From positions 34,596,001-34,660,000 of the forward strand of contig NC_043015.1 of NCBI RefSeq assembly GCF_006345805.1: DNA of 64,000 nt, in the 5' to 3' direction. This DNA comes from Octopus sinensis. Taxonomy: Eukaryota. A model generated the notes under the pieces. That model ran no database searches, was not told the origin of the DNA, and saw nothing but the letters and a program-made list of their open reading frames with translations. Each line of letters opens with the position of its first letter. The stretch's first letter is position 1. Below are positions 27,751 through 41,390 of the stretch, piece by piece. The translations under genes were made by a program, and so were the position numbers.

Positions 27751-28129
27751 ATTGTTGATGTTTTGAGGAGAAATGAAAGAAATAGGACAATATAATATTT
27801 CCTAAAGTCAGCAGTTGAGCTAACCTAAGAAACCATGAATTAAGAGTGTATTGAAGAAGAAGAAGAAGAAGAAGAAGAAGAAGGGGGGAGCAGCAGCAGC
27901 AGCCGCCGCCGAAAATTCAGTGACATTGAGGACTGGAAGCCATCTGAATATTGGGAAAGAGTTCCGTGTATTGTGATGATTTGTACAACATATCAGAATA
28001 CTGACCTCCTGACCACTGCTCTCAATGCTCTGTGGACACTGTAAAGGCTGTAAGACACAACAGAGGCAGCTGCAATGGAGACTAGAAAGCCATGGCCGGC
28101 AGGGATGAACACAACAGGCGCATTCTAAC

Positions 28130-28937
28130 TGCTGGACAAGTTGTTGGAAGATCTGAGCAAGGGAATCTGGGCTTTGGTAAGAGAGATAAGTATAGGGGTC
28201 ACCACCATGAAGTTAGATCTGAATGTGGAATTTCACTACTACTCATGCAAGAGGTGCAAGGGACAAATTCTGACAGCCAAGACCAAATAGAACCACTTAG
28301 TCAAGGGGCAAAGAAGCTCCTGAACAAGATGAGGTATCCTTTTGAGCCATAGATGATCTGATCCTTCTCAAAGGAAAAGATTTTCTGCCAGGACCAGTTG
28401 CACAACCCTCAGAAGAACAGGTCGCTTGCCTACACTCCATTCAATGTCCCACATATGAAAACTAAGTTTTCTTAACCTGTTATGGTTTTTGGGGGGAGTG
28501 TACCACGAATGAGAGTGACATTGTACCACCCCACATCTTTGAATAGTGTTATAGGCTCAGTTCAGATGGATATGCTGGAGAGAGACTGGTCAAATGCTGG
28601 CTGGAGAAGGTGACTGCTTGAAGGCCATGAGTGTGTGGCAGCTGGATTCAGTTCCTTGTCATGTCCTCTAGAAAGAGTCAGAAGTGGTCGTCAGAGAATT
28701 TCTACAACTTCACCAGCCCCAGTTTCTGGCCTCTTTAATTACCCAGATTGTAATCCCTTAAATTACTATGTGTGGAGCACAGTTACAAAAGACACGACCC
28801 ACTCTGCTTGCAATACCAAAGCCTAGCTGGTGGCCAAGACCAAGAAAGTGTTTGAAGATCTTCCCAAGGACACATGCACCAGATTCCAGAGCCATCTTAA
28901 GGACATGGTGAAAGTTGAGGGCAGCTACTTTGAGTAA
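28130..28937 (+). mobile_element. Tc1/mariner-superfamily transposase relic (maT/DD37D-like)
   Basis: Fragments VWQLDSVPCH, SQKWSSENFYNFTSPSFWP, YPDCNPLNYYVWSTV and a C-terminal EGSYFE*, with several frameshifts. TIRs were not identified. Confidence 0.75.
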
Positions 28938-29742
28938 ACTGTTATCTCCCAGCCATAATCGAGTTGATATCTTTTTATTCTTTAAAATACTTTTATTTTT
29001 GGATGGGATATTGTGTTTTCTTTTCCTTTATAGAGCTTTTACAGTCGTTTCCATAATGTTAAGACATATATAAGTGTGTGTTTCAAAGTCACGGAAGATC
29101 TACCAATTATTCTGGTTCTGATTTGATTTTTTTCTTTCATTTCTTTTAACTGTTGAAATGCTATCATTCAGTCCTTAAAATACTTAAAAACCTATAAAAA
29201 GAAAATAATTCTCCCACAAGTGCTAGTTTCGAGTGAAATTTATTGACTATTGAAGAGGTGAAATGAAAATAAAACTGAAATAAAATGAGACACCAAAACA
29301 GAAATAAAAAAATGTTTCTGGGTAAAATAAAGTAAAACAACTAAAAATAAATTGACCAATGCCGAAATCATTTTAAAAGTTAAACTATACAAAGCAAGTA
29401 ATTAACTGAATGTGGAAGGAGCAGCACTTTGGTAATGTCATTAAAATTAAAGTCCCATTTTCTCCGCTGCCCCAACATCCTCCCACTTAAATGCCAAACT
29501 AAGATCAAGGCATATGGTTTATGCTGGGTTTGAGGAAAATGAATTATGTTGTGCACTTTTAGGAAAGAGGTCTGTTAGTCAAGCTTTATGGAAGCCTCAT
29601 GTGTTGGGGTTGCCAACATCTTTACATTACGTATCCTTAACTTCATTTATACACTGTGTCTATCTATACAATCAACATCAATCCACTATCTATCCTGAAA
29701 ATCATCTATACACTGTGTCTATCTGTATAGTCAGCATCTATA

Positions 29743-29791
<49 letters not shown>

Positions 29792-30594
29792 CCATTAACA
29801 TTTATTCACTGCTGCACATGCAGTTAACATCTACACACTGACAATAAACCCAGTCAGCTGTGTCAGTATTGTTGACATTCATCCATTGTGTCAATATCTA
29901 CAAGTGTTATGTTCCGGGAGACAGGATGTGATAATTATTATTCATATATTAAATGTTTCTCTATAAATATATAAATCATTTCTGTTAATATTAGAAATAC
30001 TCTCCACCACCTCTAATCACAGAGATTCTCCCTAAACAATCTAATTATAAATACCCACTTTTGTAGCAACCAGATATAATTAAGATATTTTGTGAACTTC
30101 AAATCTCTTGTGCAGAACAATGAACAGGAAGGGAAAATGTTGATCTGATAATCTGCTTATTCATTTGCTTATTATGCTTTAGCTGGAGAGAGTGAGAGGT
30201 GGAGTGAGAGAGAGAGAGAGAGAGAGAGAAAGGAGGAATGTGAGTAGAGGAGAATGAAGAGAGGAGTATAATGATACACTAAGACCAAATGTATCACATG
30301 GTTTGTTGGAGGGAAAGGTGAAGAGCAAGAAAGACTGTGAGAGAAAAGAGGGAGAAGTGTTAACAAGATGCTGTAGGGTGGGGGGGGGAGGAGAAAGGTA
30401 AAGAGAAAGAAATATATTTAGGATCCAATATTTGGCAGAGTTCCAGTTGAAAAGAAGGCAGTTATACTGAAAGACAGAGAGACGCAGAGAGCATTTGTAT
30501 TGTCAGAGTAGAAATACATTGACAGCAAGAAAAAGTAGATATAAACAAACAGCTGAAATGAAACGTAATGAGCGATGCTACTGAAAACTACAAT

Positions 30595-30722
30595 GATGAC
30601 GATGGTGGTGGTGCTGGTGGTGGTGGTGGTGGTGGTGGTGACGATGGTGGTGGTGGTGCTGGTGGTGACGGTGGTGGTGGTGGTGCTGGTGCTGGTGCTG
30701 GTGGTGACGGTGGTGCTGGTGG
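30595..30722. repeat. (GGT)n trinucleotide array
   Basis: Directly visible; explains the poly-Val ORF. Confidence 0.93.
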
Positions 30723-31140
30723 ATATTGATAGTGAAAAGAATTTTTTTCTATTGGACTAAATCTGTAATATTCTTCTACTTGTTTCGTTACAATTTATGT
30801 CTTAGTTTGTTAGAGAAGAGGAGGAGAAGGTGGAATGAGAGAGAGAAAGAGGAAATGTGAGTCACTTTCGATGAGCTGCTAGGTTATGGGGACATAAACA
30901 CACCAACACCATTGTTAAGCGGAGCTGGAGGACAGTCACATACACAAGCAGATATATATATATCAGAAAATATATATATATATATAAGTCGCAACAATTT
31001 GTTGGCCTTTTATGGTTTTTATAGTTATTTATATAACATTATGTTATGTTATATATTATATTCATACTATTTAATGTAATATTGTAATATAAATAAATTA
31101 TTGGATTGTCAATAGAATATGTCTTTGTTAATTTATCTTT

Positions 31141-31419
31141 ATATATATTTGTTAAAGAGGGAGAACAACAAACATTAAGGCAAAACAAACATCTCAAGTC
31201 ATATACATCATTATTATTGGAAAAAAAGATTCAAAGTCTTACAGCTGTTTCTAGGATATCCCAGAGTATGGGGTCTCCAATGACAGTTGATCCCGTACTC
31301 TGGGATATCCCAGAAACAGCTGTAAGGCTTTGGATCTTTTTTTCCAATAATAATGATGTATTTGATTTGAGATGTTTGCCTTGCCTTAACATTCAATGTC
31401 CTCTTTAACAAATATATAT
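31141..31419. repeat. Foldback inverted repeat with ~130-bp arms, in the first coding intron
   Basis: 31141-31272 pairs with 31292-31419 (e.g. tacatcattattattggaaaaaaagat / atctttttttccaataataatgatgta), 19-nt spacer. Confidence 0.93.
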
Positions 31420-32559
31420 TCGCTATATCGGAAATCTGCAATGGCTCCATAACTACCATCTCAGCTAAAACCTTGGAGACCTAGTAATCCGTTACAGCAC
31501 TTACCTAGCATACCTAGTCATTTAGATCACCTGTGAAACTAAACCCCCAAATTTTGTCTGTGTGTGTGTGTGTGTGCATGCACGATGAGTGACCAAATCC
31601 AGTAAATGTTGAAATTCCATTTATCAGTGCTTAAGCAAAACACCAATGATGTTTCCATTCTTTCTCACCATTTTATCCACCTCTTCTACTCTTTTGAAGG
31701 CCTCTGAAACAAAAAATCTGTTCTTAGAAAAATAGCTAAGGGTTGATGACAGGAACAGCATCTGCAGCAAAATACTGTCACAAGTTGCTGTCCAGCCCAT
31801 GCTAGTATGGAGAAAAAAAAATGATGTTGAATGAATAAACAAATGTATATATATCCCCATGTGCATATATTTATTTTACATATTATTTACATCAATTGAT
31901 GAAAAATGGGATAATCAATAAATGTATACAACTATGTATCTGATGCTATGTCAGACTGTTTGTCAATGCACACACACACACACTCACAGCTGTGCTACAG
32001 ATATTTGGGCTGAGGTAATACTAATGCAGTATTGATATTTAGAATATTCTCTCTCACTTTTTATATTTATATAGATATGATGTGGGGGGGGGGGGTAGCA
32101 TTATACGTAGCTCCATACCAAGACGAATGTGTCTGCTTGCTTTGGTTTCATTATTGAAGGAATCTAAGCAGTACTGACGAGCATCATTCAAGTGTTTAAC
32201 AGTATTTTTATGTCTTATCAAATAGAAATATCAGGCAAACAACAATGATTTATTAATGTATTGAATTAAAAAAATTTTTTTTTTTTTTTGGCTTTTAACA
32301 ATGCAAATTTATTTTAAGCAAAACTTATTCTCAAATTTCAATGTGGAGACTTCTCATTGTCGAGGGAGAAATATGTGTAGAATATGCTTTGGACTGCTTC
32401 CTACCTCTTTATTTTCATACTCTGTCTTTTACTCTTTTTAATACTTCCACACACTTCCAAGTACACACAGGTACTTTTTTAAAGTACATTGTTATTGCCA
32501 GTTGTCTCTTGAGTCCAAGAAGGACAATTCTGCAATTTCCATCACAAAAAACCACAGAA

Positions 32560-33140
32560 GTAATCTTCTCTAAAATAAATACTTGTATTTCTTTTAGTAT
32601 TCTTTCTCCATGTACACCTTAGTATTCCACTAATGTACACTTTTGGTATTTCTGAAATATAAAATGCTGTATTTGGCTAAAATACATTTTTTTCCTCAAA
32701 ACAGCACTGGTATTCCACTAATGAACAACTGCCTTATTTCTCTAAGGTTAACTATATTTCTCCAAACTACACTCTGCTATTTCTCTCAAGTGCATGGCTT
32801 TTTTTTAAATTACACTGTGGAATGTTCTCAAAAAGTACTGTGTATCTTTTGAAAGTATACTGTGGAGTTTCTTTAAAATATTCTGTTTTTATTCTCTAAA
32901 CAACACTTATTTCTGTAAAGTAGTTTGGAGTGTTTGTCTAAAGTACACTATCAAATTTCTTTAAAATTCATTGTGATTTTTTTCTGAAATACTCAATAGT
33001 ATTTCTCAAAAATACAATGCAGTATTTATCTGAAGTACACCATAGTAATTCTCTAAAGTACCATCTTATTTCCGTCATGTAAACTGTGGAACTTCTCCAT
33101 ATTACACTGGTATTTCTTTAACATGCACTCTAGTATTTGT
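32560..33140. repeat. Degenerate ~24-bp minisatellite (consensus approx. ATTTCTCTAAAGTACACTGTGGT)
   Basis: Recurring tatttct...aaagtacact...gt units at about 24-nt spacing. Confidence 0.65.
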
Positions 33141-33618
33141 TTTTAGAAAAATATGCTGTGTGATAGATAAAATGACTAAGGACGTGAAGAGGTGGAAATC
33201 AGCTGGACTGTCAAGGATGGCTGCAAAGATGCTCAAAATATTTGGTGACATAGTTTGATAGTTAATCAAATAATACTGGAATGTGGGAAGGTCAGAGTTA
33301 TGCTAATGCTTCAACATAAATTGGAGGGAGAATTGGAAAGATTTGAACTTGTGTACAATATTTTGCAAAATCGAAATTTCATATGTTTAAAACATGGACA
33401 TCTGAAAAAATATTCACAAAAAGTACTTTACATAAACGACCTACATAATGTACTTAATCTGAAATTTCCCTGAGTATTTTCTGAAATATTTGCAATAAGT
33501 TAAACAAATTGCTTTGCAATATTATTATTAATTTTTGAGTCCTTGACTCAGGGAGTACCAGGTGTTTCAGCTATTGTGTATGTATACACACATACATACA
33601 TACGTACATACATATACA

Positions 33619-33745
33619 GGTGCAGAGTGTCTGTGTGGTAAGAAGCTTGCTTCCCAGCCACTTGGTTCCAGGTTCAATCTCACTGTCTTCTACAATAGCC
33701 TCAGGAAGACCAAAGCCTTGTGAGTGGATTTCGTGGACAGAAACT
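33619..33745 (+). mobile_element. SINE family A
   Basis: ggtgcagagtgtctgtgtggtaagaagcttgcttccc...ggttcaatctc...gccttgtgagtggattt. Confidence 0.8.
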
Positions 33746-34592
33746 CCTTTTGCCAGTCTGTCAGATTGCGTCTTTTTATGAAACCGAGTCGAAATCTCTC
33801 CATTGAGGCTGGTCGCTGAAAGGACTCCTCTGCCAGCAGACTCCACACCTTGTCATCCTCCAGGTAGTGCCAGAGATGTCTCAGCCTCAACGCATATTTG
33901 CACATCATAAGCCAGGGCATCCCTAACCCACCCTTTAGTGGTCCCTGGCAGCAGACAGCTAAATCAAGAATTTTGTTCCTTGGACTAAAGGTTTCTGAAA
34001 TGTAAATCTAGACATGCTTTCTGAAAATGTGTAGAGTTGGAATTGGTAGGGTTTGAATATGTGTAAGGGTTTTATGTTGGGAGGGGGAGTATCCAAACAC
34101 TTAAGCCTGGGTTAGGGCACATGATATCATCATGCATACCTGATCTCTAAAAGAAATTTCTCATTCCTGATTGTCATTGTCAAATTCTTAGAAATATAAA
34201 GCTTTCTGCTGGTTAAGATTGAACCCAGCAACCAGGGTTTCCAAATCAAAACACCAGCAACTTGATGCTCATATATTTTCAAGAGTAACTAAAGTGCAAA
34301 TGTTCAAACGTTTTCAAATAAGTATCTTTTTGGATGAATGATGACAAAGGGGGACAAGAGAAATCTGACACTTTGAGATTGACCCCTCTCAATTGAGGAG
34401 GAAATAATTTCTTTCAGGAACTGAACAATAATTTTTCTCTCCCTCTGATATCAGATCCTACTTGTCACAATATGAACTTATTCAAAATCAACATCTTTAC
34501 TGAGTAATATTTGTCAAAACAGACCAATAATAACCAGCCTTGCCTTCTAGAAAACTCTGTTTTTCACATGTATTTTTCTCTTTTTCTACCAG

Positions 34593-34707
34593 ATTAAAAG
34601 TCACATACGACAGTCTGTTCTTACATTATATCAGTTCTAACCAAATTCTTGACTCGGCAGAATATGAATACTGCCATCCTCACTGGCAAAACTGTGAGAA
34701 ATTCCAG
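34593..34707 (+). CDS. bves: Popeye domain protein coding exon 2 (RLKVTYDSLFLHYISSNQILDSAEYEYCHPHWQNCEKFQ)
   Basis: Acceptor tttttctaccag| and donor CAG|gtaagt. The first base completes the AG/A Arg codon from exon 1. It aligns to vertebrate BVES KMKVSY..FLHNI...IDSPEF...EKFQ (phosphate-binding cassette). Confidence 0.93.
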
Positions 34708-35475
34708 GTAAGTATTCTTGTTATATAGTTGTGGATAACTGTGAGCAGCAGGGGTGATATTGAGAGGAATATTATTTTAGTTGAGGCGCTAGTGTTGTAG
34801 AAGAGACTATACTGATGTGAGATGGATAGTATTGTAGTATAGACTGTACTGTTGTGAGATGGATAGTATTGTAGAAAAAATTGTATTGTTGTGAGGTGGA
34901 TACTATTGTAGTGGAAAGGAAACATTTGTGTGTAAATGTATGTACATATGTGTGTACATGTATATGAGTGTGTACATACACATACACACTCACTCACTGA
35001 CATGCACACACAAATACAAATGCATTCTCACATACACACATAAATACACAATACATTTACATACACACACACACACACACTGTGTGAATGCATTCTGTGT
35101 TTGAGCATATACATGTGTTTGTGAGACGCTTGGAATTTTGTGTTTGTCATCATTGCTCTAGCAGTAGTGGTAGTCATCATCGTCCTCTTCTTTGTCATCA
35201 TCTTAGTTGTTTCAGTTTTGTTCCTGTTAATTATCGTTCTTCCCTGTAAACCCACTAACAAACCTTTTGAGTTTTATCTTTCCATCTCCTCTCTCACCCC
35301 ACTACCTCCATTAACCACCGTCACATTGTAACCTGTCTCCTCTCTTAATCCATCACTCATATCTCTTCCATCACTTTGGACATGACCCATTCTCCTTCTG
35401 TTCTCTTACTCTCGCCCTCTCTTCCCCATTCTTTTACCTCCCTGTCTTTCACTCTCTCTCTCTCTCTTTATCCAG

Positions 35476-35770
35476 GTAACATTAGTAGCAACAGAAGACT
35501 GTAGTTTACTTTCCTGGAATTGTTCAGCTATTCAACGTTTTCTTCATGACCATCCATTCCTTGGCACTGTCTTACATAACTTACTGGGCAAAGACATCAC
35601 CCACAAACTGTATCAGATTCAAGAGTTACTCCAGAACAACCCTGATTACATGCACTGCCCTCCCTCTAGCCGTCATTCTTCCATGGTGGACATCCGAAGC
35701 AGCCTTGCCACTAAAACGTCTTGCAACAGCCTCACCAAAATCACAATCAATAATTCGTTGGAGTTGAAAG
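35476..35770 (+). CDS. bves: Popeye domain protein coding exon 3 (VTLVATEDCSLLSW...LLGKDITHKLYQ...ELK)
   Basis: Acceptor tttatccag| and donor AAAG|gtgagt; phase 0 in, phase 1 out. It completes FQ/VT and contains the family motif GKDITxKLY. It is missing from the supplied ORF track in this frame. Confidence 0.92.
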
Positions 35771-36109
35771 GTGAGTAATATTTCTAAAGACTAACATTTC
35801 AATTGGATTGGAAACATGATATCAGGTTTGGGACAAATTGTTAGAGTGGTTTCCACATGGAACAGAAGTTTTTACAGCATTTGTTCAAATTCTCTGCAGT
35901 CTGTGTTCAAATGCTGCCAAGGTCAATTTTTTGCCTTCCGTCATTTTGGGGTGAATAAAAAAAGTATTAATCCACCTCAGTGGATCGATGGAACTGGAAC
36001 TAGACATCTTTCAGTATTTATTCTAGCTCTTTGCATTCAGAGTTCAAATTTCTCTTTTCCATATGGGTGGTAGACCTCAGCCAATCACTCAGGGGCTGTA
36101 TTTGCAGTT

Positions 36110-36815
36110 GGGGGCTGGCACAGAATCGTTAGCATGCCAGGCAGCATTTCATCTGTCTTTATGTTCTGAGTTCAAATTTTGTCAGGGTCAGTAAAATAAG
36201 TAGCAGCTGGATTCTGGGATCAGTACAATCAACTAAAGAGAAAGAGGCAGGATTCCCCTTTTATGCCCCTACCATAATCCTCATCACTCAACTTCTCATG
36301 CCTATCTTAAGATCTGTGTATAAGAGACCATATTTGCCAGTCATCAGCCTAATTACTCTGTCTGCCACCATATTCTTGCTCCTTTTCCCTCTCTATCCTG
36401 ATTCTTCATGAGCAGGTTGCCTTTAATATATGTACCTAAGAATGCTGAGTACTGTCACTCATCATCCATATCCACATCTATCACTCATCTCATCATCCAT
36501 ATCTTACATCACTCGTGTCCCTGTTCTTCTTGCCTTGAACAAACTACTGGCCTTGTGCCAAAATTTGAAACCATTATTGTTATTATCATCATGATAATAA
36601 TCCTTTCTACTGACGATAGAAGGCCTTGAAATTTTGGGGAGGAGACTAGTTGATTACATCGACCCCAGTATTTCACTGGTACTTAATTATTTGACCCCGA
36701 AAGGATGAAAGGCAAAGCTGACCTCAGCAGAATTTGAACTCAAAACCTGAAGATGGACAAAACACTGCCAAGCATTTTTCCCAGCATGCTAATGACTCTG
36801 CCAGTTCCCCACCTT
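36110..36815. mobile_element. Two family B SINEs in opposite orientation (+ copy 36110-36236 with a displaced tail at ~36545-36600; - copy 36600-36815)
   Basis: gctggcacagaatcgttagcatgcc...gagttcaaatt is complementary to aatttgaactc...agcatgctaatgactctgccag. Confidence 0.7.
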
Positions 36816-37769
36816 TTCTTATCTTTTCACTCTTATTGTACTTAGTTATTGGTGTAACCAAAAAAGGCAGTGGATTTCTCCTCACCGCATCAAGCTTTCA
36901 TGTTAGCTGACCCTTTCATCTCTTCATTTTATCCTAATCACCATAGATCTTACGTCTGCTCCAGGACATATCTATTATTACCTCTTCTGAGCTCTCTCTC
37001 CTCCTCTTTGACCACCTGGCATTGACACACCTATCATTCACTCCCATCATTTATCCCCTTTTCACTCTCTCATCTCTCTTCTCAACCACTCAATTCTATT
37101 CCCTCATTTTCTACCATCACACTCCCATTGAATTCATTCACCCATTCTGGTTCTTCTCTTGTCAACTCTCTCACTTCTACTCATGACTTCCTCACTCATG
37201 TTGTTGCCCTTAATAAACGAACACTTTTTATAGAGTGGAAGAGAGACTCTGCCACTCTCGCTGTTGTTGGTGACAATATAAATTCAGTCAGGACATTGTG
37301 TACTGTAGTTGGCAAGTGAGCAGAAATGTGGGTTCAGAGGACCCCTTCGTCATGTATAGGTCAAGGTTATCTCTGTAGTGCAGGTGCCATGGTACCCAAT
37401 GCACCTAATAGAGTGTTAAGTCAAGATGACCCTTTAGTCTTTAGTCAAAGACAAGACTAAACTGATGCTGGTGCCCAAGATGAAATGCACTCCTAACTTT
37501 GTGTAATGTGATAAATGAATGAATGGAAACAATGCCGTAGAGAGGAGAACATCTCCAATATTGTTGATTCAATACAATGCATTCAGTACATTGCTGTATA
37601 ACGGTCAGAATTAGAAAGGGAATCCAGCCATAGAAACAACACCAAAACTGAGACAAACAAGTGAGATGCAATTCTTCTTCCTCCACCTGTCTTAAGAGAG
37701 CAGTATCTAAGAGCTGGCTACAGTGACCTGTTCAATGCATGCTGGTATGGAAAGATGGTGATATATAAT

Positions 37770-38055
37770 AGGGACACTCTGTTGGTTATGATGACAAGGG
37801 TCCCAGCTGATAGGATCAACAGAACATGCAAGTGGTTGAGCACTCCATGGACATGTGTACCCCTAATGTAGTTCTCAGAGAGATTCAACATGACACAGAA
37901 TGTGACAAGGCTGGCCCTTTGAAATATAAGTCAACTGAGTGGACTGCAGCAACATGAAAATAAACTGTCTTGCTCAAGGACACAACACCTTGCTGGGAAT
38001 TGAACTCATGACCTTACACTCGTCAGCCAAATATCCCAACCGCTAAGCCATGTGC
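37770..38055 (-). mobile_element. SINE family E
   Basis: Colinear with 24385-24670; B-box-like GAGTTCAATTCC on the minus strand near 38000. Confidence 0.75.
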
Positions 38056-38191
38056 AGTGCTTAATTACTGATTTTGTCTAGTGATAATTTGTGAGGTACT
38101 TATTGTTAATTATTGAGTTTTCAATTGGTAATTAGTGAGGTACTATGTAATTGATTCCATCTAACCTTCAGTCATTTTCTTTCTGTTTCAG

Positions 38192-38277
38192 GCATCCCAT
38201 CACTGTGTCCGGACACAAGTTATAGCAGCATCAGTTCAGACTCCACAGGGCTCCTCAATTACGAAACAAGTGTCTAA
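38192..38277 (+). CDS. bves: Popeye domain protein terminal coding exon (GIPSLCPDTSYSSISSDSTGLLNYETSV*)
   Basis: Acceptor ttctttctgtttcag|, phase-compatible with exon 3, TAA at 38275-38277. The total CDS gives 359 aa, close to human BVES (360 aa). The tail itself has no recognisable homology. Confidence 0.75.
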
Positions 38278-38579
38278 AAACTTTATAGCTATGTGTGTAT
38301 GTGCACACACACACACACATGCACAATTATATATATATATATTTCCAGATATTTTAAGCTAGAACTGTTATGTAAACAATCAAGATTGCCTGGAAAATCT
38401 TTTAGAAAAATTGCCTTAAGTATTTTTTATGTGAATTATGTATCAATAATCAAATGGTGTTTCTTCTAAATAATGTGAGAATCTAATGTTTTGTGTTCAC
38501 AGATCTCTCTTTTTCATATACACACACACACACCCACACTATTATTTTTATACATGATATAAGTTATATTCATATGTAT

Positions 38580-39075
38580 GTGTGTGTGTGGTGTGTATAT
38601 ATATATATAGACACACATATATATATATATATATACATACACACACACATATATATATACACACATATATATATACACACACACATATATATACACACAT
38701 ATATACAAATATACATACACATATATACATACATATGTATACATACATATATATATATACATATATATACATACATATATATATATATGTATACATACAT
38801 ATATATATGTATACATACATATATATATATGTATACATACATATATATATGTATACATACATATATATATGTATACATACATATATATATGTATACATAC
38901 ATATATATATGTATACATACATATATATATGTATACATACATATATATATGTATACATACATATATACATACCTACATACATATATACATACATACATAT
39001 ACATACATACATATATACATACATATATATATACATACATATATATATACATACATATATATATACATACATATA

Positions 39076-39106
<31 letters not shown>

Positions 39107-39117
39107 CTTATATATAC

Positions 39118-39160
<43 letters not shown>

Positions 39161-40245
39161 ATACATCACATATATCATATATATATTCATATACATATAT
39201 AGATCATATATACATACATATATATATATATACAACATACTATATATATACATAATTATATTATACATACATACATATTATACATATATATATATATATA
39301 TATATATAATACATATATATATACATAATATTATATTATATATATTATATATACATACCATATATATATATATATATATACATACATAACATACATATTA
39401 TATATATATAATACATATATTATTTTTACATATATATATACATTTATAACATACATACTATATATATATACATTATATATATTAATATATAGATATACAT
39501 ACATATACATACATACATAATATCATATATATATCTACATACATATACATATACATACATATATATATATACATACACATATATATACCTACATATATAT
39601 ATACTACAAATACATATATATACATACATATATATATACATACATATATACATACATACATATATACATTACATACATATATATATATACATACATATAT
39701 ATATACATACATATATATATACTACAATAAATACATATATATATATACATACATATTACATATACATACATACATACATATATATATATATATACATAAT
39801 ATATATATATATATATATATATATACATTATACATATATAATACATACATATATATATATTATATATATATATACATACATATATATAATACATACAATA
39901 TATACATACATAATATAATATACTACTATATATATATACATACATATATATATACAACATATATATATACATACATACATATACAACATATATACATACA
40001 TACATACATATACATATATATAACATACATATATATACCATACATACATACATACATACATACTATATATATACATACATATATATATACAACATATAAT
40101 ATACATACATATATATACATATATATACATACATATATACATACATATACATATATACATACATACATATATACATACATATATACATACTATAATATTA
40201 CATAAATATATAATACATACATATATACATACATATACATACACA

Positions 40246-40285
<40 letters not shown>

Positions 40286-41049
40286 CATACATATACATAC
40301 TATATATATACATACATAATACATACATATATATTACATACATATATATAAATACATAATACATAATATACATACATACATATATACATACATACATACA
40401 TATATATATACATAATATACTATATACATACATACATACATACATACTACATACATATAATACATACATACATACATACACTACATACATACATCATACA
40501 TACATACATACATACATACATACATACATACATAATACATACATACATATATACATACATACATATATAATACAACATAATATATACATATATATAAATA
40601 CATACATATTATATACATAACATATACATATATACATACATACATATATAATATACAAAATACATACATATATATATATACATAAATACATACACTATAT
40701 ATACATAATACATAACTATATACATATACATAAATACCTACATATATATATATATACATAAATACATACATATATATATATACATAAATACATATATATA
40801 ATATACTAATACATACATATCATACCATATATATATATACATAATACATATATATAATATATACATACATATATATATATAATATACATAAATACATACA
40901 TATATATATATATACAAAATACATACATATATATACATAAATAACATATATATACATACATACATACATATATATATATACATACATACATATAATACAT
41001 ACATACATATACATACATACATACATATACATACATACATATACATACA

Positions 41050-41083
<34 letters not shown>

Positions 41084-41155
41084 CATACATACATACATAT
41101 ATATAATACATACATATATATATAACATACATATATATATACATACATAATATAC

Positions 41156-41236
<81 letters not shown>

Positions 41237-41248
41237 CTATATACATAC

Positions 41249-41281
<33 letters not shown>

Positions 41282-41318
41282 CATACATACATACATATAC
41301 ATACATACATACATACAT

Positions 41319-41351
<33 letters not shown>

Positions 41352-41390
41352 TACATACATATACATATATATATATACATATATATATAT
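38580..41390. repeat. (TA)n/(CATA)n compound satellite block 1
   Basis: Almost only A/T/C on the + strand; contains seven exact copies of ATATATATATGTATACATAC at 38821-38960. Confidence 0.97.

Noticed and set aside
30575-30760. Poly-Val membrane-like ORF; also the poly-Thr/Val ORFs at 17422-17722
   Set aside because: Trinucleotide microsatellite translations.
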